DNA of 64,000 bases, taken from the IMG/VR virus record IMGVR_UViG_2844571421_000002, positions 13,006-77,005 of that record. The stretch is one strand, 5' to 3'. Made by a program: the position numbers and the translations under genes. The notes below the pieces were generated by a model. It did not search any database. It saw only the letters and a program-made list of their open reading frames with translations, and had not been told where the DNA came from. Shown here piece after piece: positions 55,594 through 64,000 of the stretch. Source of the DNA: a virus. Taxonomy: Duplodnaviria; Caudoviricetes. Within the stretch, counting starts at the first letter, position 1. Every line of letters begins with the position of its first letter.

Positions 55594-55623
55594 GCGTGCG
55601 GGGACTCTGAATCGAACGACGCC

Positions 55624-55654
55624 TGAACCACTCTCAGAGTCCACACCCATTTAG
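55624..55654 (+). promoter_or_regulatory. 31-bp phage motif upstream of Cas4-like nuclease
   Basis: TGAACCACTCTCAGAGTCCACACCCATTTAG, 6 nt to GTG. Confidence 0.7.
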
Positions 55655-55659
55655 GGAGG

Positions 55660-56985
55660 GTGACGCCTTCCCGCCACGCTCTCAGCCCCCCCTCGGTCAT
55701 TGCCGGGGTCATCCAGCGGTTGAGCGCCTCCCAGCTCAAGCGCCACAAGCTTTGTCCGCGCGCATGGTTCTTCCAGAAGGTCATGCGCGTCCCCGAGCCC
55801 AGCACGGGAGCGCAGCAGGTCGGCACCGAAGGACACGCCCAGCTTGAGCATTTCCTTGCGACGGGCGAAGACGTGCTGGGCACGTTCGCGAAGGCGGGCG
55901 CCCATCTCCTGCCCACGCCCGGCGCTGACTTGCTCGTCGAACAGCCCCTCGACGGTGAGCCGCCACTGACGGCGGGAGGCATCCCCTTCACCGGATTCAT
56001 CGACCTCGTAGACGCTCGACGGCTCGCCTCTGACGGCGTCCTTCGCATCACCGACCACAAGTTCACCAGCAACGTCGCGTCGAATGCCGCGAGCGCCGAG
56101 CAGCTCGCCGACGCCGACACCGAACCCGGGTTGCAGATGGTCGGCTATGGCGCGTGGGCGCTCAGCCAGGTTGAGCGATTCCCGGGGCTGCGCACGCTGG
56201 AGCTTGAACACCTCTACTACCAGACCCGGGGACAACGCCTTGCCGCGTCCGTCGTCGTCACGGTGCCCGCCGAGCACGTCGAGCGCGAGTGGCAGACAAA
56301 GGTCGAGCCCCAGGTCGAAGCGATGAAGGAGCACGCGCAAGCCGCCCGCGCTTCCGACGTGCCCGCGAACTACGGCCCCGCCTGCGGCAAGTACGGCGGA
56401 TGTCCGTTCATGGCGAAGTGCCTCACAGGAGAGAACAAGACGATGTCCCTGCGCGACAAGCTGCTCAACAAGGCTTCCGAGTCCGCCCCCCTTACCGTTG
56501 CCGCGGTCGAGCGCAACGCCCCGGAGCTGCCCGCCGTTCTACCCCCGGACGCGCCCGCCCCTACCCCAGTGCAGACGGCTCCAGAGGTCGCCCAAGCCAC
56601 TGAGCAGCCCGCGCCGAAGCGTCGCGGTCGCCCTCGCAAGGTGGCCGAGTCCGAGCAGCCCAAGGGCGAGATGCGCGTGCTCTTCGTCGACTGCATCCCG
56701 ACGACCTTCGACGGACCGACGCCCGAGTCGCTTACGAGCTACGTCGACACCATGCATCGCAAGGTGGCGGAAGCGGGCGGTGTCGACGACGTGCGATTCG
56801 CGGGCTCCGACTCGGCGCTCGGATTCGGCAAGTGGCGAGGGGCGCTGGCCATGGCGGCGCGCGCCGAGCTGCCCCCGCCCGGCGCCTACTTCGCGCTCGG
56901 GGTCGCCCAGTCGGAGCTGATGCAGGTCATCGTCGAGGCGCTCGAACCGGCGTTCGACGTGGTCGTTCGCGGCACTCGTTCCTGA
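55660..56985 (+). CDS. Cas4/AddB-like exonuclease with AT-hook extension
   Basis: Homolog of 12876-14201. Confidence 0.8.
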   Translation: MTPSRHALSPPSVIAGVIQRLSASQLKRHKLCPRAWFFQKVMRVPEPSTGAQQVGTEGHAQLEHFLATGEDVLGTFAKAGAHLLPTPGADLLVEQPLDGEPPLTAGGIPFTGFIDLVDARRLASDGVLRITDHKFTSNVASNAASAEQLADADTEPGLQMVGYGAWALSQVERFPGLRTLELEHLYYQTRGQRLAASVVVTVPAEHVEREWQTKVEPQVEAMKEHAQAARASDVPANYGPACGKYGGCPFMAKCLTGENKTMSLRDKLLNKASESAPLTVAAVERNAPELPAVLPPDAPAPTPVQTAPEVAQATEQPAPKRRGRPRKVAESEQPKGEMRVLFVDCIPTTFDGPTPESLTSYVDTMHRKVAEAGGVDDVRFAGSDSALGFGKWRGALAMAARAELPPPGAYFALGVAQSELMQVIVEALEPAFDVVVRGTRS

Positions 56986-57057
56986 GAGCACATCTTCGAA
57001 TGCGGCTGGCGCAGGCACTGGTGAGTGAGCCTACGCCACCGCACATTGCGCGCGGGG

Positions 57058-57234
57058 CTACTTCCTCAAGTACTCGTAGATCCTGTTCGGACTTAGATCA
57101 AAGCAATTGGCGATGTCCGCAACACGCATGCCTGCATCGCGCATCGCCTTCGCACAGATCGCCCGAATCTTCGTGTCCCTGCGGACCAACTCCTTCCACT
57201 GACCGGTCTTCGAGTACCAATTCTTTCCTTGCAT
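57058..57234 (-). CDS. 58-aa helix-turn-helix protein (not in ORF track)
   Basis: MQGKNWYSKTGQWKELVRRDTKIRAICAKAMRDAGMRVADIANCFDLSPNRIYEYLRK; SD AGGAGG. Confidence 0.7.
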   Translation of the reverse strand: MQGKNWYSKTGQWKELVRRDTKIRAICAKAMRDAGMRVADIANCFDLSPNRIYEYLRK

Positions 57235-57340
57235 TCGTCCTCCTGGGTTGGGTTCCGGGAGCCCTTAATCACTGGTGCCGCCAGCAGCACCACTAACGAG
57301 AGAGCCCCTTTTGGCGGCATAGCGGCGAAGGGACTTTCAT

Positions 57341-57382
57341 GCTCGCAATTTTGACGGGCGTTCATCCGTCAACATTGCGAGC
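57341..57382. repeat. 17-bp inverted repeat (one mismatch) between HTH gene and helicase
   Basis: GCTCGCAATTTTGACGG-8 nt-CCGTCAACATTGCGAGC. Confidence 0.8.
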
Positions 57383-57406
57383 AACTATTCAGCGGTCTCC
57401 ACCACA

Positions 57407-59332
57407 ATGAAACTCCTCTACCGGCTTCACCCGGGCGCGGCGACTTTCGCCGAGCGCCCCGCCACCGCTGCGCCCGCGTCTCTCGCGAAGCTCGCTGGCG
57501 ACCGTTCGACTATCGCGAAGGGGCAGCCCGTAGGCTGGTCGCCAGACCTCGCGCGGGTGCTCAGCCTTCCGCGCCGGGACCTCGCGAGCACCTACGGCGA
57601 TGCCGACTTCGTCGCGCTGGAAGCCGCGCTGCGCGCCCCTGCCGACACGCGTTGCACTTGCGGGACGCTCGGGAAGCGGTGTCCGTCCGCGTTGCTCCCC
57701 ATCCAGCGCCTCGCCCTGTTGGAAGCGGCGCGCACGGGTGGCGGGCTCTTTCCCATCGGCGTGGGGCACGGGAAGACGCTGGTCGACCTCTTGCTGCCGC
57801 TCGTCGTGCCCGGGTGCAAGGTCGCCGTCCTACTCCTGCCGTCCAACCTCCGCGCCCAGCTCATCGAGGTCGACTGGCACTTCTACGGCGGGCACTGGCG
57901 CTTGCCCAACCTCGCGGGCGGCAGGTGGTTCCGCCCCGGCCTGCCTGTCCTTCACGTCATCACCTACGAGAAGTTTTCGACCCAGGAAGGCACCGACCTA
58001 CTGACGCGCATCCGGCCGGACCTCATCGTCTGCGACGAAGCGCACAAGCTGAAGGACCGGAAGAGCGCCCGCACCGGCCGGTTTCTTCGCTATCTGGAGC
58101 TGAACCCCGAAACGCGTCTCGTGGCCCAGTCGGGCACGCTGGCGACGAGGACGGTCAAGGACTACGCCCACCTCGCGGAGTACGCGCTGCGTGACGGCAG
58201 CCCGCTACCGCTGAAGCAGCACGTCGTCGAAGAGTGGGCGTCGGCGCTGGACCCCGGAACTACCGTCGCCCCTCCGGGCGCACTCCTTCAGCTCGTTGAC
58301 CCGAAGCACTCACTTGCCCCACTTGAAGGGGAGAACGAAGCCGACTGTGAGCGCCGACGCGTGCGTGACGCCTATCGTCGGTGGCGCAACGCAACGCCGG
58401 GTGTCGTGGCCACGGACGAAAGCGCCGTCGGCATGTCGCTCGTCATTCGTACGCGCGACCCTGGGCAGGTCCCCGACGAGTTGCTCGCCCACATTCAGAC
58501 TGCGCTCGGCGGGCAACGCCCCGACGGCGAAGAGTTCGTCGACGAGCTGCAACGCGTCGTCTGTGCTCGGCAGCTCGCGAGCGGCTTCTTCCACCGCTGG
58601 CGCTACCCAGACGTCCAGGGCGTTCCGCAGGACCCCGCGCTGATCGTTCGGTGGTTCGCGCGTCGGCAGGAGTTCAACCGGGAGCTGCGCGAGCGACTCA
58701 AACGCCCCGCTGAGCATCTCGATTCACCAGGGTTGCTGATGCGCGCCGCGATTCGTGCGCACCAGTCCCCGCCCTACGACGGGGAACTGCCGACTTGGCG
58801 CGCGATGTCGTGGCCCTCGTGGGCTGAGATTTACAAACGCATTGTCCACGTCACCGAAGCCGTGTGGCTCTCCGACTTCATTATGCGTGACGCGGCGAAG
58901 TGGGCGCTAAGCAAGGGGCAGCCGGGAATCGTCTGGGTTGAGTTCCCGGAGCTTGGCCAGCGCATCGCAAAGGCGGCGGGCGTGCCTTTCTACGGCGGCG
59001 GCCCGGAAGCGTCGGCGACCATCATCCGGGAGAGTGGAAAGCGGTCCATCGTCGCTTCGCTACGCGCCCACGGGACGGGGAAGAACCTGACGATGTTCTC
59101 GCGGATGCTGTTTGTGAATCCACCTGCCGACGGCGCTGCGTGGGAACAGGCCATCGGCCGATGCCACCGTCAGGGGCAGCTCGCCGACGAAGTTGAAGTC
59201 GAGATGTACCAGCACACCGATGAGCTAGTCGGGGCCTTCCAGAAGGCCCGCGACTTCGCCCGGTTCATCGAACAGACGGAGGGCACACCGCAGAAACTGT
59301 GCTTCGCAAGCTATAATTCAGCCACCTACTGA
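57407..59332 (+). CDS. SF2 (SNF2-like) helicase, canonical GKT/DEAH allele
   Basis: GVGHGKT, VCDEAH, AQSGT, GTGKNL, WEQAIGRCHRQGQ. Confidence 0.83.
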   Translation: MKLLYRLHPGAATFAERPATAAPASLAKLAGDRSTIAKGQPVGWSPDLARVLSLPRRDLASTYGDADFVALEAALRAPADTRCTCGTLGKRCPSALLPIQRLALLEAARTGGGLFPIGVGHGKTLVDLLLPLVVPGCKVAVLLLPSNLRAQLIEVDWHFYGGHWRLPNLAGGRWFRPGLPVLHVITYEKFSTQEGTDLLTRIRPDLIVCDEAHKLKDRKSARTGRFLRYLELNPETRLVAQSGTLATRTVKDYAHLAEYALRDGSPLPLKQHVVEEWASALDPGTTVAPPGALLQLVDPKHSLAPLEGENEADCERRRVRDAYRRWRNATPGVVATDESAVGMSLVIRTRDPGQVPDELLAHIQTALGGQRPDGEEFVDELQRVVCARQLASGFFHRWRYPDVQGVPQDPALIVRWFARRQEFNRELRERLKRPAEHLDSPGLLMRAAIRAHQSPPYDGELPTWRAMSWPSWAEIYKRIVHVTEAVWLSDFIMRDAAKWALSKGQPGIVWVEFPELGQRIAKAAGVPFYGGGPEASATIIRESGKRSIVASLRAHGTGKNLTMFSRMLFVNPPADGAAWEQAIGRCHRQGQLADEVEVEMYQHTDELVGAFQKARDFARFIEQTEGTPQKLCFASYNSATY

Positions 59333-59406
59333 CAACCTCACCAACAAAGCAGCCCCCCAGCAGCCACAGGCAGATCAGCATCAGCAGGGAGCCTCAATTC
59401 GGCGCC

Positions 59407-60357
59407 TCACCCTGGAATCATACGCAAGAATTTCGCCTTAAACCCATCCGGCGGCACAAATTCCACAAAAAACACAAGCCTCTTCAAAAACCTATCTCTC
59501 TCAGCCATCCAGCCAGCAATTTTGAGCGCCTTGCTTGAGGTAGTCTTACTCGGAGGAATGAGAAATCTATCCTGCGGCATGCTCTTATTTTTATACAACT
59601 CATCCAACACATCAGCCATCGCGCCAGCAGCCAAATCCGGAACTGCAACCAAGTCCTCCAAATCCAGCTTACCCGTATCACTCTTCGTTGTCCCAAGCCG
59701 GAAATGCCCCATATTATGGGGACTATACCCGAGCATTTGAGTGCCAATTACCTTCGCCGCCCTATAATGTTGCTCCTTGTTCGGCGCGATTTCATCTTCG
59801 TCCGTAATCCACAGCACATCCTGATAAGGAGCAGACAAGCCACTCACAAGAAGTCCGCCAATATGACCAAGGAGGCACAATTTTTCGAATACTTTGGGGT
59901 TCCAGGTTTCTGGCGAAAGATTAGGGTCCTCGATCTCCTCAGGAGGAGTTTTCATAAAAACGGTCTTTATCCGTCGATCAATCAAGAACGTCGCCAACAC
60001 TCCAGGAATACAATCAGCAGACCGCAAAAATGGCACCAAAGCATCAGCTCGCCGTTTATCTCGCAGACTCTTAAATGCCATTCTTCTCAAATCCCTCAAG
60101 AACTGGCGGCGTACAGAGACACGCAAATCCTCCCAGAGACCACAACCCTCTAAATCAGCCACAAGAAAGCTAAGGCTCCTAAAAGAAGCCTTAGCGTGCT
60201 CCCCCCCGTAGTCGCTCGCCACCAATAACGTTTTTCCACCCCTAAGAGAGGTCAGAAGATCTGGATCCCTCCACTCCTCCTCCCGAATCATATCACTAAT
60301 GGAGTTCATCATTCCCATTTCCGGTCGATTCAGTGGGCGCCAATTTTTTGAGTACAT
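59407..60357 (-). CDS. DUF3800-like (RNase H-fold) hypothetical protein (cargo)
   Basis: VASDYGG, ITDEDE, EDLVAVPDLAAG acidic motifs; AT-rich. Confidence 0.45.
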   Translation of the reverse strand: MYSKNWRPLNRPEMGMMNSISDMIREEEWRDPDLLTSLRGGKTLLVASDYGGEHAKASFRSLSFLVADLEGCGLWEDLRVSVRRQFLRDLRRMAFKSLRDKRRADALVPFLRSADCIPGVLATFLIDRRIKTVFMKTPPEEIEDPNLSPETWNPKVFEKLCLLGHIGGLLVSGLSAPYQDVLWITDEDEIAPNKEQHYRAAKVIGTQMLGYSPHNMGHFRLGTTKSDTGKLDLEDLVAVPDLAAGAMADVLDELYKNKSMPQDRFLIPPSKTTSSKALKIAGWMAERDRFLKRLVFFVEFVPPDGFKAKFLRMIPG

Positions 60358-60496
60358 GCTTTCTCTACTCTCCGATCATCAAAACAAACTAGGACTGTTG
60401 CCGCCTCAAGTCTCTCACAACTATTGCTTAACAGCCACCCATCAGATCGCGACAGGAGGCCCTCTGCCTCGCTAAGGCAGAGCTGATTGCTGTCCC

Positions 60497-60527
60497 TGGT
60501 CCACTCCCAGAATCCGCACGCATTTAC
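60497..60527 (+). promoter_or_regulatory. 31-bp phage motif upstream of SSB-polymerase operon
   Basis: GGTCCACTCCCAGAATCCGCACGCATTTAC. Confidence 0.7.
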
Positions 60528-60582
60528 GTGGGGTCAGCGCACTTCGCCGCTGACGCAACCCAAGCCGAAGGGCCCACGTAAC

Positions 60583-61113
60583 ATGAACAATGCACTGACG
60601 AAGATTGCCACCGCACAGGCTGCGGCTGGCGGACGCTACCCGCGCTTCGGTCGCTACCTGCTCGAAGTCGAGGTCATCCGCACGAAGGAGGGCTTCAAGG
60701 GCGACTCTGCCATCGCCGAGCTGAAGGTTCGCGAGTCCGAGCCCCTCGCGAGTGGCGAGTCTCCGAGCCGACCGGGCGAGACGGTCGACTACGTCGAGAA
60801 CCTGAGCGACCAGAAGAAGGGCGGCGGCGGACGCTTCAAGTCCTTCCTGATGACGCTCGTGGGTGCCGACGAGTACGAGTTCGCCAACCCCGCCGCGCTG
60901 AAGAAGTTCTTCGACGAGCGGCAGGCGGGCACCCACCTCCTGATTCGCTGCGAAGTCTTCCCGAAGCAACTCCCTGCGAAGGAGGGCCACGCCGGGAAGG
61001 TCATCAGCGGCTATCGCTGGTCGCACGTCGAGCTGAACGACGAGCAGCTCGCCCAGGCTGAGCACGCGCGCAAGGCGAGCAAGCTCCCCGCGCTCACCGA
61101 CGCCCTCGCCTGA
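60583..61113 (+). CDS. Putative ssDNA-binding protein
   Basis: Homolog of 18142-18672. Confidence 0.45.
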   Translation: MNNALTKIATAQAAAGGRYPRFGRYLLEVEVIRTKEGFKGDSAIAELKVRESEPLASGESPSRPGETVDYVENLSDQKKGGGGRFKSFLMTLVGADEYEFANPAALKKFFDERQAGTHLLIRCEVFPKQLPAKEGHAGKVISGYRWSHVELNDEQLAQAEHARKASKLPALTDALA

Positions 61114-61196
61114 CACCGGGCGGCGACTGACGGCGCGCTTCCGTCGGCGGCTGGCCCACGACACGGGCCGCTCTCCCATTCCCAAAGGCAGCCTTC

Positions 61197-63206
61197 ATGA
61201 ATGTCTGGTCCTTCGACACGGAAACGTGGCTGATTCAGCCCGGCTTGCTCGCGCCCCCTCTCGTGTGCGGCAGCATCGCGGCGGCAGCTCCAGGCAGCGA
61301 ACGACTGCTGGACAAGGCCCAAGCCCGGCAGTTCTTTCGCGAGGCCATCGCCGCGCCTGACACGCACCTCGTTGGCGCGAATCTCCCCTACGACCTGGGA
61401 GTTATGGCGGCCGACGACACGAGCCTTGTTGCGCTCATCTTCGCGGCGCTCGAAGCCGGCCGACTGCATTGTGTCCAGGTCCGCGAAGCCCTCATCGACA
61501 TCGCTCGGGGGCTCTACGGTGTGGACCCTTCCACGGGCCGGAAGCTCGACGATGACGAAGGCGCCCGCTACCCGCTCGCGCTTCTCGTGCAGCGTCATCT
61601 CGGGCTCGACATCAGCGAGGACAAGAAGAACCCGAAGGCATGGCGCCTGCGCTACGCGGAACTCGACGGCGTGCCTGTCGAGCGCTGGCCGACGGAAGCC
61701 GCTGCGTACCCGAAGCGAGATGCCCGCTACACACTCGACGTCTTCTTCCGGCAGGAAGCCATAGCCCGGGAGACACCCAACGGCGGCAACCTGCATGCCG
61801 AAGCCGAGCAGATGCGCGCCGCCTTCGCGCTCCACCTCGCTTCCATCTGGGGACTTCGAACGAACGGTGACTCGGTCGCCGTGCTGCGGGAGCGGGTGGA
61901 ACGGGAGTGGGGAGAGAACCGGGCCAAGTTCCAGGCGGCGGGCATCTACCGTGAGGATGGCACCAAAGACTCGAAGCGCCTCGCCGCGCTCGTGACTGCC
62001 GCCTATGACGGACAGCCGCCTATTACCGCGCCCAGCGACCGATTCCCCGATGGCCAGGTCGCGACCGACCGTGACACGTTGCTCGGTTCGGGCGACGCGT
62101 TGCTTGAGGACTTGGGCAAGAGCGGACGCGTCGACAAGTACAAGTCGACTTACCTGGACGTCGTCGAAGCGGGCACCTCGCTCCCCATCAATCCGCGCTT
62201 CAACGTGCTCGTCAGCACCACGCGCGTTTCGAGCGACTACCAGCAGCTCCCGCAGAAGGGCGGCATCCGGGAGGTCCACGAGGCCCGTCCCGGCTTCGCC
62301 TACTGCTCGGTCGACTACGGCGGGCTTGAGCTTCGCACCATGGCTCAGCGGGCCATCTGGGAACTCGGCTTCTCGAAGATGGCCGAAGCGCTGAACAGCG
62401 GGCTCGACGTCCACACCCTTGCCGCGGCCGAATTCCTCGGGGCGAGCTACGACGAGCTGCTTCCGAAGGTGAAGGCGAAAGAGCCCCACGCGGTCGCATT
62501 CCGGCAGCTCGCGAAGATTCTCAACTTCGGCAAGGGCGGCGGGATGACGGGCGGCTCGCTCGTCTACAACGCCCGTGCGAAGGACCGGGTTTCCTTCTGC
62601 CTCCTGGCGAAGCGCGCAGACGTGTGCGGCGTCGAGCGCGTCGTCGTCACCGTGCAGCGCAAGCCGAAGATGGTCTGCCGGGCCTGCGTCGAGGTCGCGA
62701 AGGAGCTGGACACGAAGTGGCTCAACGCGTGGCCCGAGCAGCGCGAGCTACAGCAGCGAGCGAAGTCGCGCACCTACGGGGGCGGGTTCGCCGATGTGAT
62801 GATTCCGGGCGCGAACATCCTGCGCGGCGGGTGCGGCTACACGCAGATTCTCAACACGCCATTCCAGGGGCTCGGCGCTGTTGGGTGCAAGCTCGCCATG
62901 TGGCGCGTCAGCCGCGAGAGGTACGTCGACCGTCGCTCGCCGCTCTACGGCTCGCGACTCGTCCTCATGGTGCATGACGAGCTGATTAGCGAGCTGCTCG
63001 CCAATGACGCCCAGCGGATGCACGACGCCGCCGAGCGCAAGGCGTACCTGATGCGCGAGGCGATGAAGGAGACGACTCCCGACCTGGCACCGGCAATCGA
63101 AGCCGAGCCCGCGCTGTCTCGCATCATGTCGAAGGACGTCGCCACCGTGCGCAACAGCTCCGGGCGGCTGCTCGTCTGGGAGCCACCCACAAAGCGCGCT
63201 GCCTGA
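61197..63206 (+). CDS. polA: Family A DNA polymerase
   Basis: Homolog of 18756-20765. Confidence 0.93.
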   Translation: MNVWSFDTETWLIQPGLLAPPLVCGSIAAAAPGSERLLDKAQARQFFREAIAAPDTHLVGANLPYDLGVMAADDTSLVALIFAALEAGRLHCVQVREALIDIARGLYGVDPSTGRKLDDDEGARYPLALLVQRHLGLDISEDKKNPKAWRLRYAELDGVPVERWPTEAAAYPKRDARYTLDVFFRQEAIARETPNGGNLHAEAEQMRAAFALHLASIWGLRTNGDSVAVLRERVEREWGENRAKFQAAGIYREDGTKDSKRLAALVTAAYDGQPPITAPSDRFPDGQVATDRDTLLGSGDALLEDLGKSGRVDKYKSTYLDVVEAGTSLPINPRFNVLVSTTRVSSDYQQLPQKGGIREVHEARPGFAYCSVDYGGLELRTMAQRAIWELGFSKMAEALNSGLDVHTLAAAEFLGASYDELLPKVKAKEPHAVAFRQLAKILNFGKGGGMTGGSLVYNARAKDRVSFCLLAKRADVCGVERVVVTVQRKPKMVCRACVEVAKELDTKWLNAWPEQRELQQRAKSRTYGGGFADVMIPGANILRGGCGYTQILNTPFQGLGAVGCKLAMWRVSRERYVDRRSPLYGSRLVLMVHDELISELLANDAQRMHDAAERKAYLMREAMKETTPDLAPAIEAEPALSRIMSKDVATVRNSSGRLLVWEPPTKRAA

Positions 63207-63234
63207 ACCACGGCCGAAATCCGCACCCATTTAG
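63204..63234 (+). promoter_or_regulatory. 31-bp phage motif after polA
   Basis: Identical to 20763-20793. Confidence 0.7.
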
Positions 63235-63266
63235 GGAGCACACGCACTCCCTAACAGGTGCAACGC

Positions 63267-63440
63267 ATGGCCAAGACAACCGACGCGCTCGAACAGCTCC
63301 CGCCCGCGCTCTGCCCGTATCTCGACGAGGACCTCGACGACGCGGTCGCCTTCGATGTCGCCGACTTCCACGAGCTGCGCTTGCTGTCCGCGCTGGGTGG
63401 TGAAGCGACATCCCGTCATCTCCTGGTGGCGGCCCGCTGA
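63267..63440 (+). CDS. Small acidic hypothetical protein
   Basis: Homolog of 20826-20999. Confidence 0.45.
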   Translation: MAKTTDALEQLPPALCPYLDEDLDDAVAFDVADFHELRLLSALGGEATSRHLLVAAR

Positions 63441-64000
63441 TGCTGACGACTCGAAATCTACTCGTGGCGCTCGACCCAGGGCTTCGCGAGTGCGGCGTCG
63501 CGATCTTCGACCTGGACTCGGGCGAGCTGCTCGCGGCGGGTATGCCCACGAATCCCGAGCGGAAAGCCCGTGGGCTCGCGGCATGGTCGCGCATGGCGGG
63601 AGGGGTCGCCGCGTTCGTTTCGTCGTTCCTGGAGCCTCTCAGGGCCGCTGGCGTGGCTGTTTCCGTCACCGTCGCGAGCGAGTGCCCCCAGGTCTACACG
63701 GCCGGGAAGAGCAAGGGAGACCCAAACGACCTGATTGAACTCGCGGGCGTCGTCGGCCGGGTTGTCGGTGAGCTTCGCGCGACGAGTGAGCGCAGCTTCC
63801 TGCCGCGCGAGTGGAAGGGAACGCTCGACGGTGACGTCATGGTCGAGCGCATCAAAGCGCGCCTCGGCGAGCGCCCCCATGAACACCTGCGGGTGCAACT
63901 CCCTCGCGCCCAGGACAAGCACCACAACGTTTGGGATGCCGTCGGCATCGGCCTTCACGTCGTCGGCCGACTCGCGCCCCGGAAGGTCTTCCCGAGGTAG
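63440..64000 (+). CDS. RuvC-like Holliday junction resolvase
   Basis: Homolog of 20999-21559. Confidence 0.72.
   Translation: MLTTRNLLVALDPGLRECGVAIFDLDSGELLAAGMPTNPERKARGLAAWSRMAGGVAAFVSSFLEPLRAAGVAVSVTVASECPQVYTAGKSKGDPNDLIELAGVVGRVVGELRATSERSFLPREWKGTLDGDVMVERIKARLGERPHEHLRVQLPRAQDKHHNVWDAVGIGLHVVGRLAPRKVFPR

Larger units (their letters stand above)
23097..64000. mobile_element. Prophage 2 (kinase cargo, lysis, tail, head, packaging, sigma, replication); xis/int presumably just beyond the window
   Basis: Colinear with prophage 1 over 40.5-64 kb, with dispersed substitutions and different cargo; inclusion of 23.1-27.3 kb inferred from arm-like repeats. Confidence 0.88.

Noticed and set aside
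1-64000. The two prophage copies as an assembly artefact
   Set aside because: Substitutions are spread throughout, many synonymous, and cargo differs at several slots

Overview
The window contains two related but non-identical ~42-kb temperate siphovirus-like prophages in tandem, in a GC-rich and most likely myxobacterial host. Prophage 1 runs from 1 to ~23010 (tail terminator to integrase). Prophage 2 runs from ~23097 to beyond 64000 (lysis, tail, head, packaging, replication). An intact tRNA-Leu(UAA) gene flanked by att-arm-like repeats separates them. Both share HK97-type head genes, a phage sigma-70 factor and a replication module (primase, Cas4-like nuclease, SF2 helicase, PolA, RuvC-like resolvase). 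The same intergenic slots carry different AT-richer cargo in each prophage: REase-like proteins, a MORC-type ATPase-nuclease, a GIY-YIG + ART-like pair, a DUF3800-like protein, two AbiTii proteins and an HNH. Four observations stand out. (i) An att-proximal operon of DUF2381, a Ser/Thr kinase and a pseudokinase; the kinase C-terminus looks VirB10/TraM-like and may also be made as a nested lipoprotein, suggesting a T4SS-core-derived trans-envelope signalling device. (ii) A 31-bp asymmetric motif found 23 times just upstream of operon starts, in prophages with a sigma factor but no visible CI repressor. (iii) A tail-tip protein ending in a Hint auto-processing domain. (iv) A helicase allele with swapped Walker A/B residues. 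All family assignments are by-eye motif recognition; no searches were run.
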